In this document: positions 14,167-25,900 of the stretch, piece by piece
Layout of the letters: each line of letters begins with the position of its first letter
Position numbering within the stretch: the first letter of the stretch is position 1
Source: Ranitomeya imitator
Taxonomy: Eukaryota
Reading direction: 5' to 3'
DNA length: 64,000 bases
NCBI RefSeq assembly: GCF_032444005.1
Contig: NC_091289.1
Span: 9,176,001-9,240,000 of the forward strand
Program-made: the position numbers and the translations under genes
Notes under the pieces: model-generated
Told to the model about the DNA's origin: nothing
Databases searched by the model: none
What the model saw: the letters and a program-made list of their open reading frames with translations, nothing else

Positions 14167-14435
14167 GTCTACGTTCACATTAGCGTTTTGCGTGTTTGCG
14201 TCGGGCGACGCATGCGTCATGCGCCCCTATATTTAACATGGGGGACGCATGGACATGCGTTGTGCGACGCATGCGGTTTTTTTGCCGCAAGCGTCGGGCG
14301 CAGAAAACACAACAAGTTGCATTTTTCTTGCGTCCAAATTTCGGCAAAAAAGGACGCATGCGTCGCAAAACGCAGCGTTTTTATTTGCGTTGTGTCGCCG
14401 ACGCAGCGGCGCACAACGCAAATGTGAACGTAGCG
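14167..14435. mobile_element. PIF/Harbinger-type MITE, same family as 7885-8193, opposite orientation
   Basis: Ends GTCTACGTTCACATT / AATGTGAACGTAGCG with a TAA/TAA TSD; internal sequence is the reverse complement of the first copy. Confidence 0.8.
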
Positions 14436-14584
14436 TAAGAGCTTTGCCATGACGCAGCAGGGGGCTTCATACAGTCCAATCAGATGATACCCAAGATCCT
14501 TGTGTTCAGTTTTGTACATTTTTGCTGTGCAATTGATTAATGTCAGAGTTTTGGATGTGCCGTCCATGTCTTCTACAGCTATGG

Positions 14585-17030
14585 TGCCCCCTCCACCCCA
14601 CAGGACCTATATATAGCGCCCCCTCTATAGTGCCCATACATAATGCCCCCTCTATAGTGCCCATATATAATGCCCCTCCACCCCACAGGACCTGTATATA
14701 ATGCCCCCTCTATAGTGCCCATATATAATGCCCCTCCACCCCACAGGACCTGTATATAATGCCCCTCCACCCCACAGGACCCGTATATAATGCCCCCTCA
14801 ATATTGCCCATATATAATGCCCCTCCACCCCACAGGACCCGTATATAATGCCCCTCCACCCCACAGGACCCGTATATAGCACCCCTCCACCCCACAGGAC
14901 CCGTATATAGCACCCCTCCACCCCACAGGACCTGTATATAGCACCCCCCTCTGTAGTGCCCATATATAATGCCCCTCCACCCCACAGGACCTGTATATAA
15001 TGCCCCCTCTATAGTGCCCATATATAATGCCCCTCCACCCCACAGGACCCGTATATAGCACCCCTCCACCCCACAGGACCTGTATATAGCACCCCCCTCT
15101 GTAGTGCCCATATATAATGCCCCTCCACCCCACAGGACCTGTATATAATGCCCCCTCTATAGTGCCCATATATAATGCCCCTCCACCCCACAGGACCCGT
15201 ATATAATGCCCCTCCACCCCACAGGACCCGTATATAATGCCCCTCCACCCCACAGGACCCGTATATAATGCCCCTCCACCCCACAGGACCCGTATATAAT
15301 GCCCCTCCACCCCACAGGACCCGTATATAATGCCCCTCCACCCCACAGGACCCGTATATAATGCCCCTCCACCCCACAGGACCCGTATATAATGCCCCTC
15401 CACCCCACAGGACCCGTATATAATGCCCCTCCACCCCACAGGACCCGTATATAATGCCCCTCCACCCCACAGGACCCGTATATAATGCCCCTCCACCCCA
15501 CAGGACCCGTATATAATGCCCCTCCACCCCACAGGACCCGTATATAATGCCCCTCCACCCCACAGGACCCGTATATAATGCCCCTCCACCCCACAGGACC
15601 CGTATATAATGCCCCTCCACCCCACAGGACCCGTATATAATGCCCCTCCACCCCACAGGACCCGTATATAATGCCCCTCCACCCCACAGGACCCGTATAT
15701 AATGCCCCTCCACCCCACAGGACCCGTATATAATGCCCCTCCACCCCACAGGACCCGTATATAATGCCCCTCCACCCCACAGGACCCGTATATAATGCCC
15801 CTCCACCCCACAGGACCCGTATATAATGCCCCTCCACCCCACAGGACCCGTATATAATGCCCCTCCACCCCACAGGACCCGTATATAATGCCCCTCCACC
15901 CCACAGGACCCGTATATAATGCCCCTCCACCCCACAGGACCCGTATATAATGCCCCTCCACCCCACAGGACCCGTATATAATGCCCCTCCACCCCACAGG
16001 ACCCGTATATAATGCCCCTCCACCCCACAGGACCCGTATATAATGCCCCTCCACCCCACAGGACCCGTATATAATGCCCCTCCACCCCACAGGACCCGTA
16101 TATAATGCCCCTCCACCCCACAGGACCCGTATATAATGCCCCTCCACCCCACAGGACCCGTATATAATGCCCCTCCACCCCACAGGACCCGTATATAATG
16201 CCCCTCCACCCCACAGGACCCGTATATAATGCCCCTCCACCCCACAGGACCCGTATATAATGCCCCTCCACCCCACAGGACCCGTATATAATGCCCCTCC
16301 ACCCCACAGGACCCGTATATAATGCCCCTCCACCCCACAGGACCCGTATATAATGCCCCTCCACCCCACAGGACCCGTATATAATGCCCCTCCACCCCAC
16401 AGGACCCGTATATAATGCCCCTCCACCCCACAGGACCCGTATATAATGCCCCTCCACCCCACAGGACCCGTATATAATGCCCCTCCACCCCACAGGACCC
16501 GTATATAATGCCCCTCCACCCCACAGGACCTGTATATAGCACCCCTCCACCCCACAGGACCTGTATATAATGCCCCTCCACCCCACAGGACCTGTATATA
16601 GCACCCCTCCACCCCACAGGACCTGTATATAATGCCCCTCCACCCCACAGGACCTGTATATAGCACCCCTCCACCCCACAGGACCTGTACATAATGCCCC
16701 TCCACCCCACAGGACCTGTATATAGCACCCCTCCGCCCCACAGGACCTGTATATAGCACCCCTCCACCCCACAGGACCTGTACATAATGCCCCTCCACCC
16801 CACAGGACCTGTATATAGCACCCCTCCGCCCCACAGGACCTGTATATAGCACCCCTCCACCCCACAGGACCTGTACATAATGCCCCTCCACCCCACAGGA
16901 CCCGTATATAGCACCCCTCCACCCCACAGGACCCGTATATAGCACCCCTCCACCCCACAGGACCTGTATATAGCACCCCCCTCTATAGTGTCCATATATA
17001 ACGCCACTCCACTTCTATAGCACCCCCTCT
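14585..17030. repeat. 31-bp G/C-skewed minisatellite, ~75 copies, RPL32 intron 1
   Basis: Unit gcccctccaccccacaggacccgtatataat; identical core from about 15180 to 16500, with degenerate flanks. Confidence 0.95.
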
Positions 17031-17199
17031 GCACCTCGGGCCCTGGATATAACACCCTCCGCCGCCAGAGTCCACCTCATATCACCCCGCACTGAGGGGG
17101 CGCCACCAAGCCCTCAGCAAGCCGAGCTATGGGGCTGTCTGCAGGGTCCGCAGTTATCAGTCTGGCCTCCATGCTGGGACTTGTAGTACCACACTCCGC

Positions 17200-17530
17200 T
17201 CCTATCCCGTGCACACACAAGCCGCCATATTCAGCACAGGCCCCGCTGACCCAACACCTCCTATCCCGGCTGTATACAGGGCCCACCAGGGACAAAATAA
17301 CAACGGCTGTCCCCAGTCACACCACCGGCTTACACTGCGGTACCGGCAGGGACGGGAAGGGGACAGGATCCGCGCGGATGACGACAGATTCACTCACCGG
17401 TCCGGAGCGTCCGCCTTCTCCGCAGACAGCCCGAGGAAGAGAGAGCGAGAGGCGCTGCGCGAGCTGAAGAGGAGCCGCGGACTTCCGGCGGAACAGCGCC
17501 ACTGCTATAGCGGCACCCGGCGGTACTGCA
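17200..17530 (-). promoter_or_regulatory. RPL32 CpG-rich TATA-less promoter with ETS/GABP and YY1 motifs
   Basis: CpG-dense. ACTTCCGG (ETS) at 17481-17488 upstream of the TOP start; GCCGCCATATT (YY1-like) at 17221-17231 in intron 1. GABP and YY1 control of rpL32 is established in mammals. Confidence 0.7.
17398..17445 (-). other. RPL32: RPL32 non-coding exon 1 with 5' TOP tract
   Basis: Minus strand reads CTCTCTCTTCCTCGGGCTGTCTGCGGAG...CCG|gtgagt: a pyrimidine-tract start typical of ribosomal-protein genes, similar to the recalled mammalian RPL32 5'UTR, followed by a strong donor. Intron 1 is about 5.7 kb (11711-17397). Confidence 0.85.
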
Positions 17531-17880
17531 GCCTTGTATAATTCAGTTTTCTTGGACTTTCTTGTTTTTTCCTATTTAGAATTGAGAGTCTTCTCTTCTT
17601 TCCTTTATGGAACTAAAGCCACTTCTGATTCTAAATATTTTTCTATCTATTGGCTAACACGGTACCAAGATCTATATCTTTCTTGTTTTTTCCTCTCATT
17701 CACATTGGGGTCTGTGGAACCTTCTGATCTTTCTTTATTCCATTTTGTAGGGTGGCGATGTGGCCACAAAACAGCGATTCTGCCATTACAATTATTGTTT
17801 CTCTTTCTTCTCATTTTGACAGTGCCAGCACAATCCCGTTGCAGGAGGCTGATGAGATCAGAACGACCACCTTCCCCCAC

Positions 17881-18346
17881 TCCTGTTAGTGGGATCGCCC
17901 CTCCTGAGCCGTCTGTATGGGCATGTAGGTCTCAGGACGCTGAATACAATGACACCTTGATGTCTGCGATCCCCTGAATAGTTCCTGAGACATCCATGGT
18001 TTTCTTAATACGTAAATGAGCTGTTCAGATCTGTGGGCGGGACATAGATCTCCCTGAGACTCCGCCTCCAGAGCTTAGCCAAAATGAAGGGGGCGTTACC
18101 GGTGTGAGACATATAATGACCGACAGTCTGGTGACGCTCCCTGTCATTTACAGCAATCTTCGGAGGCGGATTCTCAGGGAGATCTATGTCCCGCCCATAG
18201 ATCTTAACAGCTCATTTACATATAAAGAAAACGTGGATTTCTCTGGAATAAGACATGGGATCACAGATATCAAGGTGTCATTTTATTCACCGTCCTGTGC
18301 CGTACATGCCCACAGGAGGGTTTATCCTACTCACAGATTCCCTATA
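17881..18346. mobile_element. Palindromic MITE (T2/Kolobok-like end)
   Basis: Arms of about 180 bp are reverse complements (e.g. agatctgtgggcgggacatagatctccctgag vs ctcagggagatctatgtcccgcccatagatct); right end cagattccctataa. Family assignment is an inference. Confidence 0.7.
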
Positions 18347-18700
18347 AATGTTACTGTCATGATGAAAGTCAGTAAAGCAGTAAGACTCGGGTGCGGGCTG
18401 TGTGACGCTGCCGGCAGCCGCCATGTGTGCAGTGGGCTCAGCGTCTGAGATGCAACTGAGACCTGTGCAGCGTGGCCCCCAGGAGCCGTGCATCTCGCTC
18501 ATCCTCAGGGCCCCGGTTATGGTGGTCCCTATAAGGGTCGCATAGTGTATTATAAGCGTGCAGAGGTGGCACGTACACACGGACCGCCATACCTATGGGG
18601 CTAAGACCCCTCTTCATCATAATGGTGTAAAGTAGTTGGAGCCATCATAGAGATGTTGCATCGGGGCCCGAAGACTTCCCAAAAAATCATCTCCCTTCTC

Positions 18701-19437
18701 TCCTGAAATCCTCTGCGCTGCTGCGGACACGGCAGCTTTCGGTGTGTAGCTTTAGTCTGTGACCCTCCCACCAGATCAATGCACGCCAGTCCTGAAATCC
18801 TCTGCGCTGCTGCGGACACGGCAACTTCCGGTGTGTAGCTTTAGTCTGTGACCCTCCCACCAGATCAATGCACGCCAGTCCTGAAATCCTCTGCGCTGCT
18901 GCGGACACGGCAACTTCCGGTGTGTAGCTTTAGTCTGTGACCCTCCCACCAGATCAATGCACGCCAGTCCTGAAATCCTCTGCGCTGCTGCGGACACGGC
19001 AACTTCCGGTGTGTAGCTTTAGTCTGTGACCCTCCCACCAGATCAATGCACGCCAGTCCTGAAATCCTCTGCGCTGCTGCGGACACGGCAGCTTCCGGTC
19101 TGCAGCTTTAGTCTGTGACCCTCCCACCAGATCAATGCACGCCACTCCTGAAATCCTCTGCGCTGCTGCGGACACGGCAGCTTCCGGTGTGTAGCTTTAG
19201 TCTGTGACCCTCTCACCAGATCAATGCACGCCACTCCTGAAATCCTCTGCGCTGCTGCGGACACGGCAGCTTCCGGTCTGCAGCTTTAGTCTGTGACCCT
19301 CCCACCAGATCAATGCACGCCACTCCTGAAATCCTCTGCGCTGCTGCGGACACGGCAGCTTCCGGTGTGTAGCTTTAGTCTGTGACCCTCTCACCAGATC
19401 AATGCACGCCACTCCTGAAATCCTCTGCGCTGCTGGA
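18701..19437. repeat. 89-bp tandem array (8 copies plus a partial)
   Basis: Unit begins tcctgaaatcctctgcgctgctgcggacacgg at 18701, 18790, 18879 and so on. Confidence 0.95.
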
Positions 19438-19925
19438 GCCATTCTCCTACTGTGGCACAAGATCACTCTGCTGAAATACTCTGTGCTGTCATTTAGATTG
19501 GATGGTTGGGGTCACAGTTATTGCCTAATTTCTCCAGTAAGTTTTGGACGCGCCCCAGAACAGCTCAGAGGCAGCAGACGTACCCAGGACCTGGTGCTGG
19601 AGGGGCCGAAAGCCTCTTCTTCCACATAAGACCCCAATGCTGAAAATGGAACATGAAAGGTGGGACCCTCGTCTAGGGGCGCGGAAGCCGCAGGTGACCC
19701 CACCGCACGGTGAGAAATCCCGGTGAGGACAGCGCCCCCTGCATGTCACTGGCAGCACAAGGGGCTGCACTGCAGAACGCGGACCACCTACAGCCCCTCA
19801 TATCGCAGCTGTGACACGCGGAACATTACTGGAAGTTCTAGTTAGCGCATTACAAATAAGTCACCAGGTTTGTGAGACAGTCGGTTTATTACTCCCTCCA
19901 TTATGTAGAATTTGGGGTCTCGGCC

Positions 19926-22900
19926 TCAGGACGCCTCCGACACTTTGGGCAGATAAATACGCAGCTTGTCCAGCATCTGCCCCGGCCAGAACGCGTTATC
20001 ATCAGACGTATAGAAGCTGTGGGGGAATCGGTGCCTCAGGGCCCTAGTAAAATAGGAGAGATCATCAATATCAGATGGGTGGGGGTCCGACACCCGGGAC
20101 CCCCGTACAGATCAGCAGTACAGAGTGGAACAGCGCCGTACACTGCGTAGTGGATGTTCTCACTACTGCAGCTAAGATACATTCACTTCAATAGGAGCAG
20201 ATCTGCAGTTCCGGGATTGGCCACTACACAGGGTGCGGCGCTGTGCTGAGCTGATCAGCGGGGGAGAGGTGGGGGCTGAATGTCGGACTCCCAGTGATTG
20301 GTAATTAATGACCTTTTCTAAGGATACCACAGTCTTGGACAACCCCTTTAACACTCTCCTGATATTGGTGAAGAGACATGTTTCAGCAGCAGAGAGAATA
20401 TTACTGTCACCCCGTGATCTGTGCCGCACACGTCCACTGCTTCTGTGTGCCTCATACGAGATCACCGCACTCATCTCCTGAAATCCTCTGTGCTGCTAGG
20501 ACTCTGCTGATAGTGCTATCCTCAGATGGAAACTCCCCACAGGTTCAGTGCACTGCTCTCCTGAAATACTCTGTGCTGCTAGGACTCTGCTGAGAGTGCT
20601 ATCCTCAGATGGAAACTCCCCACAGGTTCAGTGCACTGCTCTCCTGAAATACTCTGTGCGGCCAGGACTCTGCTGATAGTGCTATCCTCAGATGGAAACT
20701 CCCCACAGGTTCAGTGCACTGCTCTCCTGAAATACTCTGTGCTGCTAGGACTCTGCTGAGAGTGCTATCCTCAGATGGAAACTCCCCACAGGTTCAGTGC
20801 ACTGTTATGCTGTGCTATCAGGCAACACAGCGTGCAGTAATCAGAGCACATACAGTGATATGGCAATAACCCAAAAACAATAGAACAAGCTCTGAGACGT
20901 GGAATCTCTGCAGACTGCAATACCTGAACCTATCCTCACACAACTAAAAGCAGCAGTGGATTGCGCCTGACACTACCTATGCAACTCGGCACAGCCTGAG
21001 GAGCTGACTAGCCTGAAGATAGAAATACAAGCCTGACTTACCTCAGAGAAATACCCCAAAGGAAAAGGCAGCCCCCCACATATAATGACTGTTAGCAAGA
21101 TGAAAAGACAAAACGTAGGAATGAAATAGATTCAGCAAAGTGAGGCCCGATATTCTAGACAGAGCGAGGATAGCAAAGAGAACTATGCAGTCTACAAAAA
21201 ACCCTAAAGCAGAACCACGCAAAGGGGGGCAAAAAGACCCACCGTGCCGAACTAACAGCACGGCGGTGCACCCTTTGCGTCTCAGAGCTTCCAGCAAAAG
21301 AGAATAGCACAGCTGGACAGAAAAAACGGAAACAAAATCAAAGTAACACTTATCTAGCAGAGCAGCAGGCCACAGGAAAGATGCAGTAGCTCAGATCCAA
21401 CACTGGAACATTAACAAGGAGCAAGGAAGACAGACTCAGGTGGAGTTAAATAGCAAGGCAGCCAACGAGCTCACCAAAACACCTGAGGGAGGAAGCCCAG
21501 AGGCTGCAATACCACTTGTGACCACAGGAGTGAATTCAGCCACAGAATTCACAACAGTACCCCCCCCCCTTGAGGAGGGGTCACTGAACCCTCACCAGAA
21601 CCCCCAGGCCGACCAGGATGAGCCACATGAAAGGCACGAACAAGATCTGGGGCATGGACATCAGAGGCAAAAACCCAGGAATTATCCTCCTGAGCATAAC
21701 CCTTCCATTTGACCAGATACTGGAGTTTCCGTCTAGAGACACGAGAATCCAAAATCTTCTCCACAATATACTCCAATTCCCCCTCCACCAAAACAGGGGC
21801 AGGAGGCTCCACAGATGGAACCATAGGTGCCACGTATCTTCTCAACAACGACCTATGGAATACATTATGTATGGAAAAGGAGTCTGGGAGGGTCAGACGA
21901 AAAGACACCGGATTGAGAATCTCAGAAATCCTATACGGACCAATAAAACGAGGTTTAAATTTAGGAGAGGAAACCTTCATAGGAATATGACGAGAAGATA
22001 ACCAAACCAGATCCCCAACACGAAGTCGGGGACCCACACGGCGTCTACGATTAGCGAAAAGCTGAGCCTTCTCCTGGGACAAGGTCAAATTGTCCACTAC
22101 CTGAGTCCAGATCTGCTGCAACCTGTCCACCACAGAATCCACACCAGGACAGTCCGAAGACTCAACCTGTCCTGAAGAGAAACGAGGATGGAACCCAGAA
22201 TTGCAGAAAAATGGAGAGACCAAGGTAGCCGAGCTGGCCCGATTATTAAGGGCGAACTCAGCCAACGGCAAAAATGACACCCAATCATCCTGGTCTGCAG
22301 AAACAAAACATCTCAGATATGTTTCCAAGGTCTGATTGGTTCGTTCGGTTTGGCCATTAGTCTGAGGATGGAAGGCCGAGGAAAAAGACAAGTCAATGCC
22401 CATCCTACCACAAAAGGCTCGCCAGAACGTCGAGACAAACTGGGAACCTCTGTCAGAAACAATATTCTCAGGAATGCCATGCAAACGAACCACATGCTGG
22501 AAGAACAAAGGCACCAAATCAGAGGAGGAAGGTAATTTAACCAAGGGCACCAGATGGACCATTTTAGAAAAGCGATCACAGACCACCCAAATGACCGACA
22601 TCTTTTGAGAAACGGGAAGGTCAGAAATGAAATCCATCGAAATATGTGTCCAAGGCCTCTTCGGGACCGGCAAGGGCAAAAGCAACCCACTGGCACGTGA
22701 ACAGCAGGGCTTAGCCCTAGCACAAATTCCACAGGACTGCACAAAAGTACGTACATCCCGTGACAGAGATGGCCACCAGAAGGATCTAGCCACTAACTCT
22801 CTGGTACCAAAGATTCCTGGATGACCGGCCAGCACCGAACAATGAAGTTCAGAGATAAGTTTATTAGTCCACCTATCAGGGACGAACAGTTTCTCGGCCA

Positions 22901-25900
22901 GACAACGATCAGGTTTATTAGCCTGAAATTTCTGCAACACTCTCCGCAAATCAGGAGAGATGGCAGACACAATGACTCCTTCCTTGAGAATACTCGCCGG
23001 CTCAGATAACCCCGGAGAGTCGGGCACAAAACTCCTAGACAGAGCATCCGCCTTCACATTTTTAGAACCCGGAAGGTACGAAATCACAAAATCAAAACGA
23101 GCAAAAAATAACGACCAACGGGCCTGTCTAGGATTCAAGCGCTTGGCAGACTCGAGATAAGTCAAGTTCTTATGATCAGTCAATACCACCACGCGATGCT
23201 TAGCTCCTTCAAGCCAATGACGCCACTCCTCGAATGCCCACTTCATGGCCAGCAACTCTCGGTTGCCCACATCATAATTACGCTCAGCAGCAGAAAATTT
23301 CCTGGAAAAGAAAGCACATGGTTTCAACACTGAGCAACCAGAACCTCTCTGTGACAAAACCGCCCCTGCTCCAATCTCAGAAGCATCAACCTCGACCTGG
23401 AACGGAAGAGAAACATCTGGCTGACACAACACAGGGGCAGAACAAAAACGACGCTTCAACTCCTGAAAAGCTTCCACAGCAGCAGAAGACCAATTAACCA
23501 AATCAGCACCCTTCTTGGTCAAATCGGTCAATGGTCTGGCAATGCTAGAAAAATTACAGATGAAGCGACGATAAAAATTAGCAAAGCCCAGGAATTTCTG
23601 CAGACTTTTCAGAGATGTAGGCTGAGTCCAATCCTGGATGGCTTGGACCTTAACTGGATCCATCTCGATAGTAGAAGGGGTAAAGATGAACCCCAAAAAT
23701 GAAACTTTCTGCACACCGAAGAGACACTTTGATCCCTTCACAAACAAAGAGTTAGCACGCAGGACCTGAAAAACCATTCTGACCTGCTTCACATGAGACT
23801 CCCAATCATCTGAGAAGATCAAAATGTCATCCAAGTAAACAATCAGGAATTTATCCAGATACTCACGGAAGATGTCATGCATAAAAGACTGAAAAACAGA
23901 TGGAGCATTGGCAAGTCCGAACGGCATCACCAGATACTCAAAATGACCCTCGGGCGTATTAAATGCCGTTTTCCATTCATCTCCCTGCCTGATTCTCACC
24001 AGATTATACGCACCACGAAGATCTATCTTAGTAAACCAACTAGCCCCCTTAATCCGAGCAAACAAGTCAGATAACAATGGCAAGGGATACTGAAATTTAA
24101 CAGTGATCTTATTAAGAAGGCGGTAATCAATACACGGTCTCAGCGAACCATCCTTTTTGGCTACAAAAAAGAACCCTGCTCCCAATGGTGATGACGATGG
24201 GCGAATATGTCCCTTCTCCAGGGATTCTTTCACATAACTGCGCATAGCGGTGTGTTCAGGCACGGACAAATTAAATAAACGACCCTTAGGGAATTTACTA
24301 CCAGGAATCAAATTGATAGCACAATCACAATCCCTATGCGGAGGTAGGGCATCAGACTTGGGCTCTTCAAATACATCCTGATAATCAGACAAGAACTCTG
24401 GGACCTCAGAAGGAGTGGATGACGAAATAGACAAAAATGGAACATCACCATGTACCCCCTGACAACCCCAGCTGGACACCGACATGAAATTCCAATCCAA
24501 TACTGGATTATGGGTTTGTAGCCATGGCAACCCCAACACGACCACATCATGCAGATTATGCAACACCAGAAAGCGAATAACTTCCTGATGTGCAGGAGCC
24601 ATGCACATGGTCAGCTGGGCCCAGTATTGAGGTTTATTCTTGGCCAAAGGTGTAGCATCAATTCCTCTCAATGGAATAGGACACCGCAAAGGCTCCAAGA
24701 AAAACCCACAACGTTTAGCATAATCCAAATCCATCAGATTCAGGGCAGCGCCCGAATCCACAAACGCCATGACAGAAAACGACGACAAAGAGCATATCAA
24801 GGTAATGGACAGAAGGAATTTGGACTGTACAGTACCAATAACGGCAGAGCTATCGAACCGCTTAGTGCGCTTAGGACAATCAGAAATAGCATGAGTGGAA
24901 TCACCACAGTAGAAACACAGCCCATTCAGACGTCTGTATTCCTGCCGTTCAACTCTAGTCATAGTCCTATCGCACTGCATAGGCTCAGGTTTACTCTCAG
25001 ACAATACCGCCAGATGGTGCACAGATTTACGCTCGCGCAAGCGACGACTGATCTGAATGGCCAAGGACATAGACTCATTCAAACCAGCAGGCATAGGAAA
25101 TCCCACCATTACATCCTTAAGAGCTTCAGAGAGACCCTTTCTGAACCAAGCCGCCAGTGCAGATTCATTCCACAGAGTGAGTACTGACCACTTCCTAAAT
25201 TTCTGACAATATACTTCTACATCATCCTGACCCTGGCATAAAGCCAGCAAATTTTTCTCAGCCTGATCTACTGAATTAGGCTCATCGTAAAGCAATCCAA
25301 GCGCCTGGAAAAACGCATCAACATTACTCAATGCAGGGTCTCCTGGCGCAAGAGAAAATGCCCAGTCTTGAGGGTCGCCGCGCAAAAAAGAAATAATAAT
25401 CAAAACCTGTTGAATAGGATTACCAGAAGAATGAGGTTTCAAGGCCAGAAATAGCTTACAATTATTTTTGAAGCTCAGGAACTTAGTTCTATCTCCAAAA
25501 AACAAATCAGGAATAGGAATTCTTGGTTCTAGCATAGATTTCTGATCAATTGTATCTTGAATCTTTTGTACATTTATAACGAGATTATCCATTGAGAAGC
25601 ACAGAGCCTGAATATCCATGTCCACAGCTGTGTCCTGAAGCACTCTAATGTCTAGGGGAAAAAAAAAAAAAAAACTGAAGACAGAGCTGAGGAAAAAAAA
25701 ATGATGTCAGGACTTCTTTTTTCCCTCTATTGAGAATCATTGGTTTGGGCTCCTTGTACTGTTATGCTGTGCTATCAGGCAACACAGTGTGCAGTAATCA
25801 GCGCACATACAGTGATATGGCAATAACCCAAAAACAATAGAACAAGCTCTGAGACGTGGAATCTCTGCAGACTGCAATACCTGAACCTATCCTCACACAA

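Noticed and set aside
14798-17055. 630-715 aa Gly/Tyr-rich ORFs resembling keratin-associated or structural proteins
   Set aside because: They are translations of a 31-bp minisatellite, open in all three frames, inside an RPL32 intron.
18701-20802. CRISPR-like look (shared core with different intervening sequence)
   Set aside because: Vertebrate DNA, the spacers are identical within each array, and there are no cas genes.
24549-25187. 212-aa antisense ORF inside the retroelement
   Set aside because: No recognisable motif; expected shadow ORF opposite a long coding frame.
25644-25740. Upstream ATG at 25740 as gag start via frameshift in the T16 run
   Set aside because: Out of frame by one base and stops at TAG; the ATG at 25619 gives a typical gag N-terminus, and homopolymer length may be unreliable.
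25740-25760. tRNA primer-binding site for the LTR element
   Set aside because: No TGG-initiated complement to a tRNA CCA end; LTR self-complementarity explains it better.
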